From: Eledone cirrhosa
Lineage: Eukaryota
Assembly (NCBI GenBank): GCA_964016885.1
Contig: OZ024742.1
Span: forward strand, 115,816,001-115,880,000
DNA length: 64,000 nt
Reading direction: 5' to 3'
Part shown: piece after piece, positions 41,190-54,826 of the stretch
Layout: the number at the start of each line of letters is the position of its first letter
Numbering within the stretch: position 1 is the first letter of the stretch
Translations under genes and position numbers: made by a program
Notes under the pieces: generated by a model
What the model was told of the DNA's origin: nothing
Seen by the model: the letters and a program-made list of their open reading frames with translations, nothing else
The model's database searches: none

Positions 41190-42387
41190 AAATCCACCAG
41201 AAGGGTGGTTTTTCTGCTAGTTAACCATCATTATCAACTGTTTTGCCCAAGATTATCTGCTTAGTTCTTAACTGTTTATGTTTTTCTTCCATGCCCTGGA
41301 TCAAGTGGAACAAAGAACCGGTACCCGAGCCAATTTCATTAGTTTCGAATTGCCTGGAATGGATATGTGCACTGTCCTGCCACACAACCCCAATTCTATT
41401 TATGTTCAAGAAAGCAGATACGAAATTTCAATTAACTCAACTCGAATATTTTATTATTTCCTGTTCAACGGAATAAAATAAACCTTTGATCTAGCCATAT
41501 ACAGGTGAGGTTAGTCTCTAACATTTGTCTGAGTAACAACAAAGAACACAAAAGCCCAAATACTGTCATTTACTTTGAATATTATCATTAGATATGTTTT
41601 CATCTACTTCTACTTAAGTGTTAGTTAACTTAAAGCAACTTTAGCTGAGTTGGCTGAATCAAATTCAACGTGCATTTAGAGAATGGGAGGGGTATAGAGG
41701 TATGTGTTTGCGTGTCTATATATCTGTGTATATAAGTGTGCGTCTGTATATCTCTATAAACGTATATGTGTGTCTGTTTTGTTTTTTTTTACTTTACTAA
41801 ATCACACGCAAGAAAACGAATATCAACGATTCGCATAATACGATAGATCCTATAACTGATTGTGCTATTCGATGCTTGAAACAGCGATAAGTTCACAAAT
41901 TATCTTCGATCTGAAACTAACTGCAATTTCAGATACAATTGATATTTAAAGTTATGTAAATAACTTCGCACATACAATGTCTTTGTATTATTTAATTATA
42001 AATTACTTCACAGATTTTTGTAAATCTTTGCACTGAACAAATCAATTCACTTGCAATCATTCTATTGTTATTTAGTTTCTATGAAAGACATGAACTTCTA
42101 TGACGTTTCACTGAATCTTGATATCTATTAACATTATTGTCGCGAATATATTTAATCAAAAAGAATTCACTCGACCTCTTTCATACCACATCAGGAGGTG
42201 CGTGACTATACAGTTCATTAAGTAGGCCCGTTTGCAGAAACATGAGCTGTCTCGGTAAAATATATATTCTTCTTAATGTTTCTCCTACTTACTACGTTAA
42301 ATTAATAGATGGGAAGCTGCATGGTATACCGAGTAGAAAGGAGTTAGTCAATCACATCGACCCAAGTAATTATTTCTTTCAAGTCTG

Positions 42388-43170
42388 CTACTTATTCAGG
42401 AATTCTGTGAATGTGAATGCAATAGTATCCGCACACCTGATCCTGACTTCCTTAACAACAAAGGGTTCCCACTTTATCCTGTAGATTGAGCTGAACCAGA
42501 TAGTTTTGTGCGCTTCCTTGTGTTTAAGTTGCCCCAAGTTGCAGATAATTAGATGGTGATCGAGTGACAGCTCAGCCACTCTCTTAATACAAACATCTAG
42601 CACAGATCAGAATAGAACAGAAAATAACAAAACGCATTATTGATCTCTTTTCCTGTTTCCTTATATACCCTGCATATTTATAGATGTCTTTGTGCTGGAA
42701 GAATGTGTTCATAATAGAGAGCCGATGTAAATTCGTATTTACATCGGGATCACCATCGCTGCTAATCATTCCTTTCCATGTCAGGTGATAAGTACCAACA
42801 TGTGCATTGAAGGCTCCGGTTCAGATATGCCTAAGACCTGAATGCGTCACTTGTAAACTCGCACGGAGGACGACGCGATACGGCAGCCTTTTCGAGACCA
42901 ACACAAAAGAATATACTGTTGAGCAGTACTCCCAGGTTTTCTCGAAGACCTGCCGTAGTATGAATATTTTGTAGGCTGTGTTGTGTCCGGGGCGAAAACA
43001 TAATTATTCATCGTCTAAATTGTACTCGACAACCTCCCTACATGTCTTTGAGAGACTATTAGCATAGACGTAATCGGGGAGGTTTAACAATGATATCCTT
43101 CTGTAATTGGAACAAGCTCTCTTGTTTTCCTTTCTAAAAGTGTTATTACTCCCGTTTGCCATTGATTAGG
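42388..43170 (-). mobile_element. Degenerate RTE fragments (RT piece 5' of an APE piece)
   Basis: Minus strand 43170-42870 gives WQTGV..SNYRRISLLNLP..FRPGH..ILRQVFEK. 42810-42390 gives FNAHVG..IMNTFFQHK..LSLDHHLIICNL. Confidence 0.7.
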
Positions 43171-43746
43171 TGCCTTTCCAGATATCCTATCCAATCGGTA
43201 AAAACGAGACAGCTAGAGAATACATTCTCTATTTAAGCATTTTAATAATTCGGGGTGGATTTAATCTTCCCATTGGCCTTGTCATATTTGTGACCTCTGC
43301 CTTCCAGATTTGTCACTGCATTTACATTAGATGCACCACATTTAGATCAGAAGATGCTGTTTTGATCGGGTTAGCAGATCGGCAAATTATTATGTCCATC
43401 TCGGGGGGATGCACCTCTCTGAAGTGAAGAAAAACCCAGACGCATTTGTGATAGCTAATCTTTATTTGCTGATCTGAAGTCGGATTCCAGGTTAAGGCCC
43501 AAATCCTCCCATATCTTAACGTTTCCAAATACAAAAATGAAAATGGTTCGCTAGAGTTTTAACCGAACTTTTGGATTGGCGAACAATCCTAGAACGTGTA
43601 CGGTTGTCTCTTTCATCTGCAGAAAAATGGAGATTGCTTCAAATTGGTTTTTAAATGATTGGGATATCTACAAACAGTAATACGCCCATCTCATCTGCCA
43701 ACATATCTTTAATATATGTATATGTTCATGCACACATGCACGCGCG

Positions 43747-43790
<44 letters not shown>

Positions 43791-43806
43791 TGTGTGTGTG
43801 TGGATG

Positions 43807-43840
<34 letters not shown>

Positions 43841-43949
43841 CAGACTCACACACACACACATGTATATATATAAGCGTATATGTGTAGATGTGCGTGTAGG
43901 TGTGTGTGTATGTATGTATATATGTATGGGTGTATGTATATATATATGT

Positions 43950-44230
43950 CAGGTCACCAGTTGGTGCTACTGGTAACATGTATCCCAGTACAACCTGTCT
44001 CATGGTCGGGTCGTTGGCGACTAAACTGGCAACCCAACCAAGGTCTCTTGGTGAGGAGGGTGACTTTGGACATCCTGCAGGACTAAAAACAAAACCTGTC
44101 AAAGGACAAAGGAGCTCTTAAGATTCAATGGCCATCCAAAATCACCGGGAGAGATGACCCCTTAGCCTTTGTCAAGGCAGAATTCTAGGAGAAGGAAAAC
44201 TCTGATATAACACCTGCAACTCTGATGGTA
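43950..44230 (+). mobile_element. Possible RTE 5' UTR remnant
   Basis: Contains GGAGAAGGAAAACTCTGA, a motif I recall from RTE-clade 5' UTRs. No ORF supports the call. Confidence 0.35.
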
Positions 44231-45049
44231 TCCAATGATGTTGACTTGTTCTTCTTTTTGGTAAATATCATCTTGGTTAAGAGAGTGGGACTGGCTTTGT
44301 GCAGTGCCTTTGCTCACTATAAAAGCTTCACGGCACAAGCATTGCTTTATATCTGGAGATCTCTCTGCACTTGTCGTCACATGGTACAATGGGCCCAGCA
44401 CTATGTGTCAATAATTGTCACAAGTGTAGTGTCTGAACCAGAGTTTTCAAGTCGCTGGCTGGAGTAAAAGGTCACACTCGATCAGCGCATCGGTAGGTGT
44501 TCTCCTACATGGATATAAAGTAGTGGCCGTACTCGAAAACGAGTTGGCAACCACCATATATGGGTGTATAATGCACGGGGATATGGAAATAATCCATTTT
44601 GTGCCCGGACGTGAGGTTACCACCCCCTCCCCCATCCGGGGAGTGAAAGACTCCTAGTTCTTGTTAGGACATCTTTCAAGGAGAAGAAAATCACTGATGT
44701 AAATTATGCCAGTCGATGGCAGCCAATATGTTACCCTGTTCCTTTTCGATAACTGCACTTGTTAAAGAGTGGGATTGGTTAAATGCCAGGCCTTTCTTCA
44801 GTCACAGGCGGCTCCTGATATAAACGACTTTCACGTGTGCTGCATGAGGAAGGACTTTTCTTTTTTTCTTTCGCTGCAACATATGCAGAAATGCATCTAA
44901 AACGTCATGTTCGTGAAACCCATGTATGTTAAGAAGGTTAATGGATGGCAATTCTCAAAATTGAAATGCAGCATTTATATATGTTTGCATATATGTACGT
45001 ATTTATGTATGTTTGTATATATGTATGCATGTAGGTATGTATGTATGCA

Positions 45050-45114
<65 letters not shown>

Positions 45115-45276
45115 AATTTATATCTAGTAACATTTATATACACACAGATGCATATCAATGCTAGCAAATATATAGGTTTTGTCTTAATAACAATGTGGTT
45201 CAATGCATGGGGTTGCAGAACAATAATATGAGAGACGTAAAATAAGAAAATTATAAAATTAACTTACTAAAAAATC

Positions 45277-45359
45277 ACTTCCAACTAATTAGTTTCTGGA
45301 ATGGAGTAAATATATTTTCCGAAGAAACATATGGAAAATCATTCCGTCATCAGGAAAGT
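45277..45359 (-). ncRNA. Type I hammerhead ribozyme, family B (extended stem II)
   Basis: Minus strand: acuuuc CUGAUGA c ggaaug ... cauucc a GAAA cuaauuag UU ggaagu. Stems I and II pair, stem III is palindromic, and the cleavage triplet is GUU. Confidence 0.8.
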
Positions 45360-46368
45360 ATTTTTCCGTATAGGTCTCCAGGCATAGCGAGGACACTGGA
45401 AACTTATTAAAAAAATAATTCAGTGGAATGGAAATAGCAAAGCGTGGACTGGATTCCAAGCCAATGAGAAAATCACTGTCTCCTCGTCTGTGGCAAATTC
45501 AAAAAGAATCAATCACAGTGACATCGAGGTCAATCAGTGGAAAGCGAGTGGTTATTAAGACAGCGGCCAGCTTACTACCATAGTAGCAGTCATATATATA
45601 TATGTGCGTGTTTGTGTATGCATGCATGTATATATGTATGTATGTATGTACGAACTAATCGAATTACATTACCTAGAAGCACTCATTATTCCGATGAAAA
45701 TACTGTATAATGTATTAAAAAAATATTGCTACAAAAAAAAAATGTCTATTCGAAATATCCTCCAGCAATTATAATCTCCATTCCGATGTAATCAATTAAA
45801 ACCAGATGTTCTACAAATATTACAGACGTTGGAGAAATGGTATATGAATGGCATAATTATCTACTAATAGCTCGGACGTTGTGTAAACTAAAGCAAATTT
45901 TAAAAAAATATCTGAGATATTTCAGATTAATTCTACGTCAGCCCGGTAATTGATATCCAGTTAATTATTTAATAATGTGGTGAGACACAAGCAAATCAGA
46001 TTACGAATAACAATCAAGAAATTACAAACCAAAGTATTTCCCACTCTGATTAAAAAGGAAAACGAAAGACGATATTTTCAGGTTTTGTAAAGTGATCCTT
46101 CGTCTAGACAGAAGAAGGAAAATAAAATAAAGTCCGAAATTGTATTTAGTTGTTAAGAAAAATCAGAAGTAATAAATTCCATTGTAACTATTTACTCTTT
46201 TAAGTGTTTACTGGTTTCAATCATTAGACGCCGGCAATGCTGTAGCACTGCCATGATTTACGCGATCATATCAACCAGACTACTTATTTTATCGATCTTT
46301 TTCTCTGCCAATGCGTTAAGTTACGGAATATAAACAAATCCGCAGATACACTCTTGCACACCCATACA

Positions 46369-46790
46369 CGGCCGGGTGCACCGAAAACGATAAACGGAAT
46401 CGTTTTCGGTGCACCCGGCCGATTAACCCACTCGATATGAAAATTGGGGTACTCAGTCGTTAATATGCATAAGGAAAGTATATACATTCGGACGTTCAAT
46501 CATCTGACAGGAAGGTATACGTTGCTGACGATAGCTAATAAGCTTGAAACTAGTACAGCGTTCCTTTGTCAGTGTTGAACAAACGAGCAACAGTGGTTGC
46601 TAGACACTACGGTTTAATACGGGATGTTTGTTTACAAACAGACCGAGCATTATAATAAATGTTCGGCGAATCCATACGTACATATATATATATATGTGTG
46701 CATGTATGTATATATATATACATACTACTGTACGTCTGTATACATATATGTATGTACGTATACATACTTATATATATTTATATATATATG
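46369..46790 (+). mobile_element. Dispersed single copy of the 466-bp hammerhead repeat family (opposite orientation to the array), with a terminal 23-bp fold-back
   Basis: Collinear with the reverse complement of the array unit (ggaaagtatatac..gttcaa..tgtcagtgttgaacaaa..gtttgtttacaaac..tactgtacgtctgtatac). Confidence 0.85.
46519..46561 (+). ncRNA. Minimal type I hammerhead ribozyme, family A
   Basis: acguug CUGACGA u agcu aaua agcu u GAAA cuag UA cagcgu; cleavage triplet GUA. Confidence 0.8.
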
Positions 46791-47572
46791 TTGGGTTGTA
46801 TAACAGAGCTGGCGGCTGTAGTGTGCAGAGTATGCATAAACGTTAGCCGTGTCGATGTCAATGTTGCCACATATATATAAACGTTAGTGTCATAGTCTAA
46901 GGGATATAAGATTGTGTCCGTAGCGAGTAGTTCCAAACGTCGCTGTCAAGAGGATATCTAAATGCGACTCACGGAAACTATCAATAATACCACTACTGTT
47001 ATTATTGCAACTTTGCACTCGCAGTAGCTTCGGATGGGACTACTACAAATCATACCAATATAATTGACCGTGCCGAAGAGTAAACGAGTTGTGTGGAGTC
47101 TAATGGTCTTGTGATGCTGTGATAATTGATGGTGGTGATGATGATTTGTCCTTACGCGTGCGCGGAATAAACACCATCATATGTGATGATATATATTGAT
47201 GGGAGTGATTTAGCTGTGGATGACTTTGTTCTGGTAGTTGTTGTGTTGTTACTGTTGATTTTGATGTCAATATTCATATGAACGCACCCACACCGACTAC
47301 CATCACATCCACACAAACAACCCTTCCCCGCTATGGAATATATAGCTGGCATTAAACACCTGATTTCGTTGTAGCTGCCGCGGTTAGCCGCCATGCTGCT
47401 TGATGTTGTTGATGTAGCGGAAGTTGTGTTCATTGCTTTATTTTATTCTTAACATTTCTGTTTTACTATATATTTTTTTTATTTTCCACGTTTTCCTTTT
47501 GTTCATTTTATCTTCTCTCTTCGTTCTTATTTATTCACTTATCTTTATATTTTTATTATTTTTTCTTGTCTT

Positions 47573-47644
<72 letters not shown>

Positions 47645-49612
47645 TCCCAATTGTTCTTTCGGTAAATCAATTAATATGTGTATATATAAGAATCTCTTGA
47701 TCTATTTCAACAGTTTGAATGTCTCTGCACATGTAAACGCACATATCTGATGGGATTTCGAGGCAGAGTCTGGCCCTGATAATTATGTTTATACACTGAG
47801 CTGGTCGATATTGTAACGATTGTAATATGCCAATAATTTTATGCTGCAGCATTGACTTCGACCCTGCTTGCTTTGAAATATATATATATATGCTTTGGCA
47901 TAATTGATGAAAGTTATTCTTTTTTAATTTCTCCTACTTCAGGGACAGCGCTTTGGGTTGTTTGTAGAGGCAGTGAACCCAGGTGGACAAGTAGTACCAT
48001 GGATAGGGCTAAAATCTGCCAAGGTCTATCTCAACGGTGGAAGAACTTGCTATTCAGCGTCTTTCGATTGTTTGTTTTGCTATTGTTTTCTATTTCCCCA
48101 CCCCAAAAAGTGTGCACTGTACCTTGTTTGCCGTTATCTCCTCTTTCCCAATCATCCTAATTTTATTATATATGTATGTATGCATGTATGCATATATGTA
48201 TGTATGTGTGTGTGTGCGTGTATGTATCTGTATCTATATTTAGGTTCCCGTGATGTGTCAGGAAGTAAACCTGGTTCAAAAAACTACTCTATTCATTTGT
48301 ACATTATAGGCATATTTATTATATATAAAAAAATACGTTTACAGGACGAGTATCTATGTACTGCATTCCTACAGAATGACAGACTCGACTGACGCTTGGA
48401 ATAAATAACTGTTCATTTGTTTCGAGAGCTGTGACTTCCAAATTGCAGTTAGCTTATGCAGGGCATCCCGATTTTGCTGATGCGCCTGTTTACATCGCTT
48501 TAATTGGAGCCTTCTTTCGAGATCTTGCCTATAAGATATTTGAAATAATCAACGTCTCCCAGTGTTTTACGGGCTAGTGAATTAGTACCGCCATCCTGGT
48601 TGCAACACATGTATTCTGTCTTCCCCACACACATGTAGATGCTCTTTCCAAACTTTGAAACAGAAATTATGTTTCATGTATGTATTCATTTCCATTGCAA
48701 TATCGTATGCATAGTAAGCATCCGTAATGATCTCGGTATGACTAGCGACAGCGCCTTGCTCATTGTTTCTATCTTGTCAACTGACGTTCTAAGTTAATAA
48801 TCCACACAATATACGAATAGGTTCGATCTGCCTGTCCATTTGAATTGTAGCAATACTGATCCCAGGTGGTTTAGAACATATCTAATCTCCTCATACTTTT
48901 AACATTTCCTCTTCACTTGTTACATTTACCTTGCATTTTGCCGAGACGTTCCTGCCGCTAACTTCATTTACTGTGTTCTTTGACATCGCATCATTTTCCG
49001 ACAAAACACTTGACATTTTGTATTAGCTTCTGTATATAGTTATTTGTCCCTTTCGATTAATATAGGCACCATGTTTTTCTATCTCGGTGAACTTGTTGAT
49101 ATTGGCCCTTGTCGGAGTCCCCTCTTCATGTCACATGCCTTTTTAAAAACCCTCCTTTCTCGTTGATCTTTTTTAATTTCATTTTTACAGCATGAGTTAA
49201 TTTTTTACAGTTTGACTTTTCTTTGATACGTCTTTGTCTGCAATAGTGGAAATAAAGTGTCTGATGAAACAGATATATGACTTTCTATCATGTGTTATCA
49301 TCGCTTGTACACAAAATTATATGACACAATGTGTTGATGATTGTCAGAGATATTAATGATTTACTGGTCAGGACGTTACGTAGAAAACCAGAGTAATATG
49401 TGTCGTCGTCAGTTGTAAATCTATTCAGCCTCAATGAATTTGCAGTCACCACTTCGAAAATAGGTTTTGAAGATATGCATAATTATAAGATTTATCTAGA
49501 CTTGAAAAAAAAGGAAAGGTCGTCAGTGCACACAATGAAGCTGCTGTTGAGAGCAGTCTGAACTAGCCAATAGTCAAACATACATTAATTATATATATAT
49601 ATATATTCTATT

Positions 49613-50553
<941 letters not shown>

Positions 50554-50599
50554 TGTGTGGGTGTGTATGTGTGTGTGTGTATGTGGGGGGGGGGGTTAT

Positions 50600-51330
50600 A
50601 TATAAGTAGTAGCAACAGTTAGTTCACCATACCGAAAACAATTGTTTCGCCTTATTGGTCATGGTTATACGCAACAGGAAGAACAACCGTGTAAAGGTGC
50701 ATGCGCAGAAGCGGTAACTTCACACGAGCGAAAGGTGTAAGGTAGATAACTGTGAAAGTCCGGAAGGTCGAGTTTATTAGAAAATTAGAATGTTGTTATT
50801 CAATCCGAAGCTTTGTAGTTATGCAAGAGGTGTTTCCAGACATGTGGACAACTTGAGAATATTTCATTCTTGAAATTAGGCATTCGTTATTGCGTAATCT
50901 CATTAGAATGTTTATTATTTCTCCAATACACAGTCCACAAGACGGATTACCCCTTACGTATGGCTTGGACTCAGTGATGGCTTTCCATTGAATGGAGTAG
51001 TCTATACCTGAGTCCTTGAGGGACCATACGTGGCTCGCGAGTTTCGTGGATGATCGTTTGTCTGTGTACCTAAAGGTCGACTGTTGGTTCAGGAAGCGTT
51101 CCTTAAATCGACCCTCCGCCATACCCACATAGGATTTGACATCCTGTGGTTGATTTGGTCGGTTGGAACTGAGCACAGCTACATAAACTACTGCGGGTGC
51201 GTTGCATTGCTGTTAAAGGGGACACGCTTCAGACTTTCGGCAAGAAGAGCATCCTGGTGCGGTTCCGCTCTTAGGGCTGTTGGTGATGCCCTGTCGGCCT
51301 TCATATTATTAGAGCAGGAGTACCCTAGTT
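50600..51330 (-). mobile_element. Penelope-like element GIY-YIG 3' fragment (Naiad-type)
   Basis: Translation gives GCSSCRKSEACPL.QQC...VVYVAV...SYVGMAEGRFKERF...LASHVWSLK...W.....PY....CGLCIGE. Confidence 0.85.
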
Positions 51331-51340
51331 TTAATCTGTG

Positions 51341-51374
<34 letters not shown>

Positions 51375-51377
<3 letters not shown>

Positions 51378-52700
51378 TCATCATCATCACCATCATCGTT
51401 TAACGTCCATATTCCACGCTTGCATGGGTTTGGACGGGGATTTTCCCACTTGAAGCAAGAGTGGTTGTCTTGCTCGCATAGGACTGTCTGGCGGGTTTTC
51501 TACGGCTGGATTACCTTCGTAACACCAACCACATTTACAGTGTGGAACTGGGAGGTTTTTAGCGTGTTGCCTACACGGCCACATTACAGCCACAGGTTTC
51601 ATCTGTCGCCTTCAGCAGGTTATCTTTCAGGAATTCCCACTGTTCCTCTATATTGTACGACTCTAATTGCTCTTCCTTACTATCAAAAGCATCAAGTAAT
51701 ATGCTTTTAAATTTATAACTGGCTGTGGGGTCCTTTAATTTCCATATTTTTCTCCTGAGGATAGTCCTCTTCTGTTGTCGAATATGTCTCGTCCTGACTA
51801 AGAGGTCGCTAATTTTTAGTCTATGTTGAGACGTGCATTCTTGATAGGGGAGGGATTTAGTGTTTACAACATACACTCTGTCACGTCTCCTGGTAAGGAT
51901 ATAATCTACCTAGCTTGTGTGTTCCCTAGATCTATAGGTGATCAGGTGATTGTCTCGTTATTTGAAGTTAGTGTTACAGATAGTTAGGTTATTTGCGTCA
52001 CAGAATTCCAGGATTCTGGAGCCTTCCTCATTTCTAGTACCAAACCCATAACCTCCATGGATTCCGTCATCGCTGTCACAATGTTGTCCAACGTGACCGT
52101 TTAGGTCGCCTGCAATAATTATATAGTCACTGTCCGTTATTTGGGAGGTAGTGTGCATCAGTGTCTCATAGAATCTGTCTTTTATAGTGCTGGGCAGTCC
52201 GGATTGGGGTGCGTACCCAGATATTACTGTCACCGTAGTTCTATTGAGGACAAGTCTTATTTTAATTATTCTGTCGTTCACTCTATTTACGTCTATTATC
52301 TTATCTGCCCACTTTTCTGCTACCATGATTCCTATCCACCCAGCCCATTGTCATTTCCCACCCAGAAAAGCTTATAGCATCGTTCTTTACCCACGATGAA
52401 TCTAGCAGACCCACCCCTCCACCTGGTCTCTTGAATACAACAAACATCGACCTCCTTACGTTCAAGCATTTCTACAACCTCGTTAGAGCGACCCTTTAAG
52501 GTGCCTACACTCATGGTACCAACTCTGAAGTTTTGGATTGTGTTTGGAGGGTGGGAGCGGTGGGGTCCGGGGGGATGGGGGAGATGGTGTTATGTTAGCC
52601 ATCCGCGGCCGAAACAAAGAGGAGGAGTGCTTGCATTCTCGTCCACGAGGTGAATTTGTCTTTATCTTTGGCATTGTCGCTGATCGTCCAGATCTTTCTT
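51375..52700 (-). mobile_element. RTE-clade APE endonuclease region joined directly to a SINE/RTE-type 3' tail ending in (GAT)n
   Basis: Motifs SVGTLKGRS..CIQETRW, GYAPQSG, GDLNGHVG, GTRNEEGSRILEFCD and SQHRL. The region 51590-51375 ends ...GGACGTTAAACGATGATGGTGATGATG. No RT is seen. Confidence 0.85.
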
Positions 52701-52839
52701 TTCAACTCTCCAGAATTCCGTAGTCCATCCATCATATCGAAAGGTAACCAGGTAAGCGATAGTATAGGCCTCTGACTTATTATTGGTCCACGTAATAATG
52801 GTGGTGCGTGGGGGCGGGCGGGAGGGCGGGAGGGATATT

Positions 52840-53770
52840 GGGTAGTTAGCGAGAAGGTAAGGTTTAAATAAGATCCCCTTATTTTGGGCATAATTTAACA
52901 AGCATAAACAAAAATACAAGATTTGTTTTGGAAAATACGACAGAGTATCGAGAAGAAAGGCAAAGATTGAATTCGGGGAAAAAATGATAGAGAATGAAGA
53001 ATGGACTAAGGAATTAAAATGGTGAGAAGAATGAAGAAATATTTGTACGTTACATTATACCATGAAAGCAGCCATCCCGTAATAGGAATTTGGCGGTTCT
53101 GATTTTTTCGTACTTGTAGGGTTTATCTTATATATGGAGATAGAAATGGGGGGTTGACCGCGAACCAGCATGATGTAGGGCGGGGGAAGATAGGAGGGAG
53201 CAGAGGTTAAGAGTTTAAATACAGTCCTCAAAATTTGGGGTATAATTTAGCCAGCATAAAAAAATATATTTAAAAAATATATAAGAAGGATTTTTGTTTT
53301 GAAAATACGACAGGATTAAGGTTGGGGTAGTTAGCGAGAAGGTAAGGTTTAAATAAGATCCCCGTATTTTGGGCATAATTTAACAAGCATAAACAAAAAT
53401 ACAAGATTTGTTTTGGAAAATACGACAGAGTATCGAGTAGAAAGGCAAAGATTGGATTCGGGGAAAAAATGATAGAGAATGAAGAATGGACTAAGGAATT
53501 AAAATGGAGAGAAGAATGAAGAAATGTTTGTACGTTATATTATACCATGAAAGCAGCCATCCTGGAATAGGAATTTGGCGTTTATGATTTGTTCGTACTT
53601 GTAGGGTTTATCTTATATATAGAGATAGAAAAAGGGAGGGGGTCACCGCGTACCAGCATGATGTAGGGGGGGGGGAGATAGGAGGGAGCAGAGGTTAAGA
53701 GTTTAAATACAGTCCTCGAAATTTGGGCTATAATTTAGCCAGCATAACAAAATATATTTAAAAAATATAT
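52840..53770. repeat. Tandem duplication with a 485-bp period (about 1.9 copies) and an internal sub-repeat
   Basis: GGGTAGTTAGCGAGAAGGTAAGG occurs at 52840 and 53325. Confidence 0.9.
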
Positions 53771-53864
53771 ATATATATGCAGAGGTTGTATTTAATTTGT
53801 TGGGATTCAACAAGCGTAAACAGTTTTATAATTGATATAAAGCACTCAACAAGTCGTGGATTAA

Positions 53865-53974
53865 ATATTCAATATATTAATAAATGGAAACTAGCACCAA
53901 CATTTTCCTTGGTTGCCCAATAAAATAATTATGGTTTCATAAATCTAGTTTTCATTTATTAATATATTGAATAT
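53865..53974. repeat. 30-bp inverted repeat with a 50-bp spacer
   Basis: ATATTCAATATATTAATAAATGGAAACTAG pairs with CTAGTTTTCATTTATTAATATATTGAATAT. Confidence 0.85.
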
Positions 53975-54160
53975 ATTGTACATATATATATATATGTATG
54001 TATGTATATGTGTATTATGTGTTTAATCTTAAGTGATCTGCGCCCTTAGACACACCTGATCAATGAAACAATTATTAATACTCTAAATAAAACCCTTTTT
54101 GTACAGCCGACCTTGTTATTCTTCACTATTTCACTACATATATATATGGAGAGAGAGGGA

Positions 54161-54212
<52 letters not shown>

Positions 54213-54768
54213 CATAGAGAGTAAAAGGAAGAGACATGCATACAAGTATATGCATATATATGTGTTTGTGTGTGTGTGTGTGTATGTGTGTGAATGTGTG
54301 TGAAGAGGTAATTTGAGGTTTCGTAAGTTTATTATATAGAAACATCGTATTTCATTTCCTATGTGCAACAATGATTAACCAGATATGTGTTATTGCCATT
54401 AATTACCTCCCTCTACCCAGTCAAGTACGCAATATTTGTAAAGAAGTAACTCCAAACGATGTATCCTATAGGTTTTAGCTAATGTTGTTTCAGGAGCGAC
54501 GGACTGAGCGAGTGTCACTCATGACTGATAAAAAACCAGAATTACTCATCTGGTATTCTTAACGCTACATACATATTTTCCACATGCTCGTAGTCTTATT
54601 ATATATAAACATATCGTGTATACTTTTATGTACATTCCGATGATGAAACACTCTATGTCAATGTCTCTTCTAATTGTCTTCCTTTCTTCAATCCATTTCG
54701 CATTATACGCAAATAAGTATTTACAGCCAATATTTCATACGAAAATTCACGCACATGCACGCACTCGC

Positions 54769-54820
<52 letters not shown>

Positions 54821-54826
<6 letters not shown>

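Noticed and set aside
46800-47433. Minus-strand NYIGM and a Cys-rich 93-aa ORF as a GIY-YIG or gene
   Set aside because: Surrounding residues do not match the GIY-YIG pattern seen in the two clear PLE fragments, so it cannot be supported.
48400-49200. MKRGLRQG-like RT motif on the minus strand
   Set aside because: It is isolated, with no other RT motifs in register.
49255-49280. CTGATGAAAC as a hammerhead
   Set aside because: There is no room for stem II and no convincing stem I.
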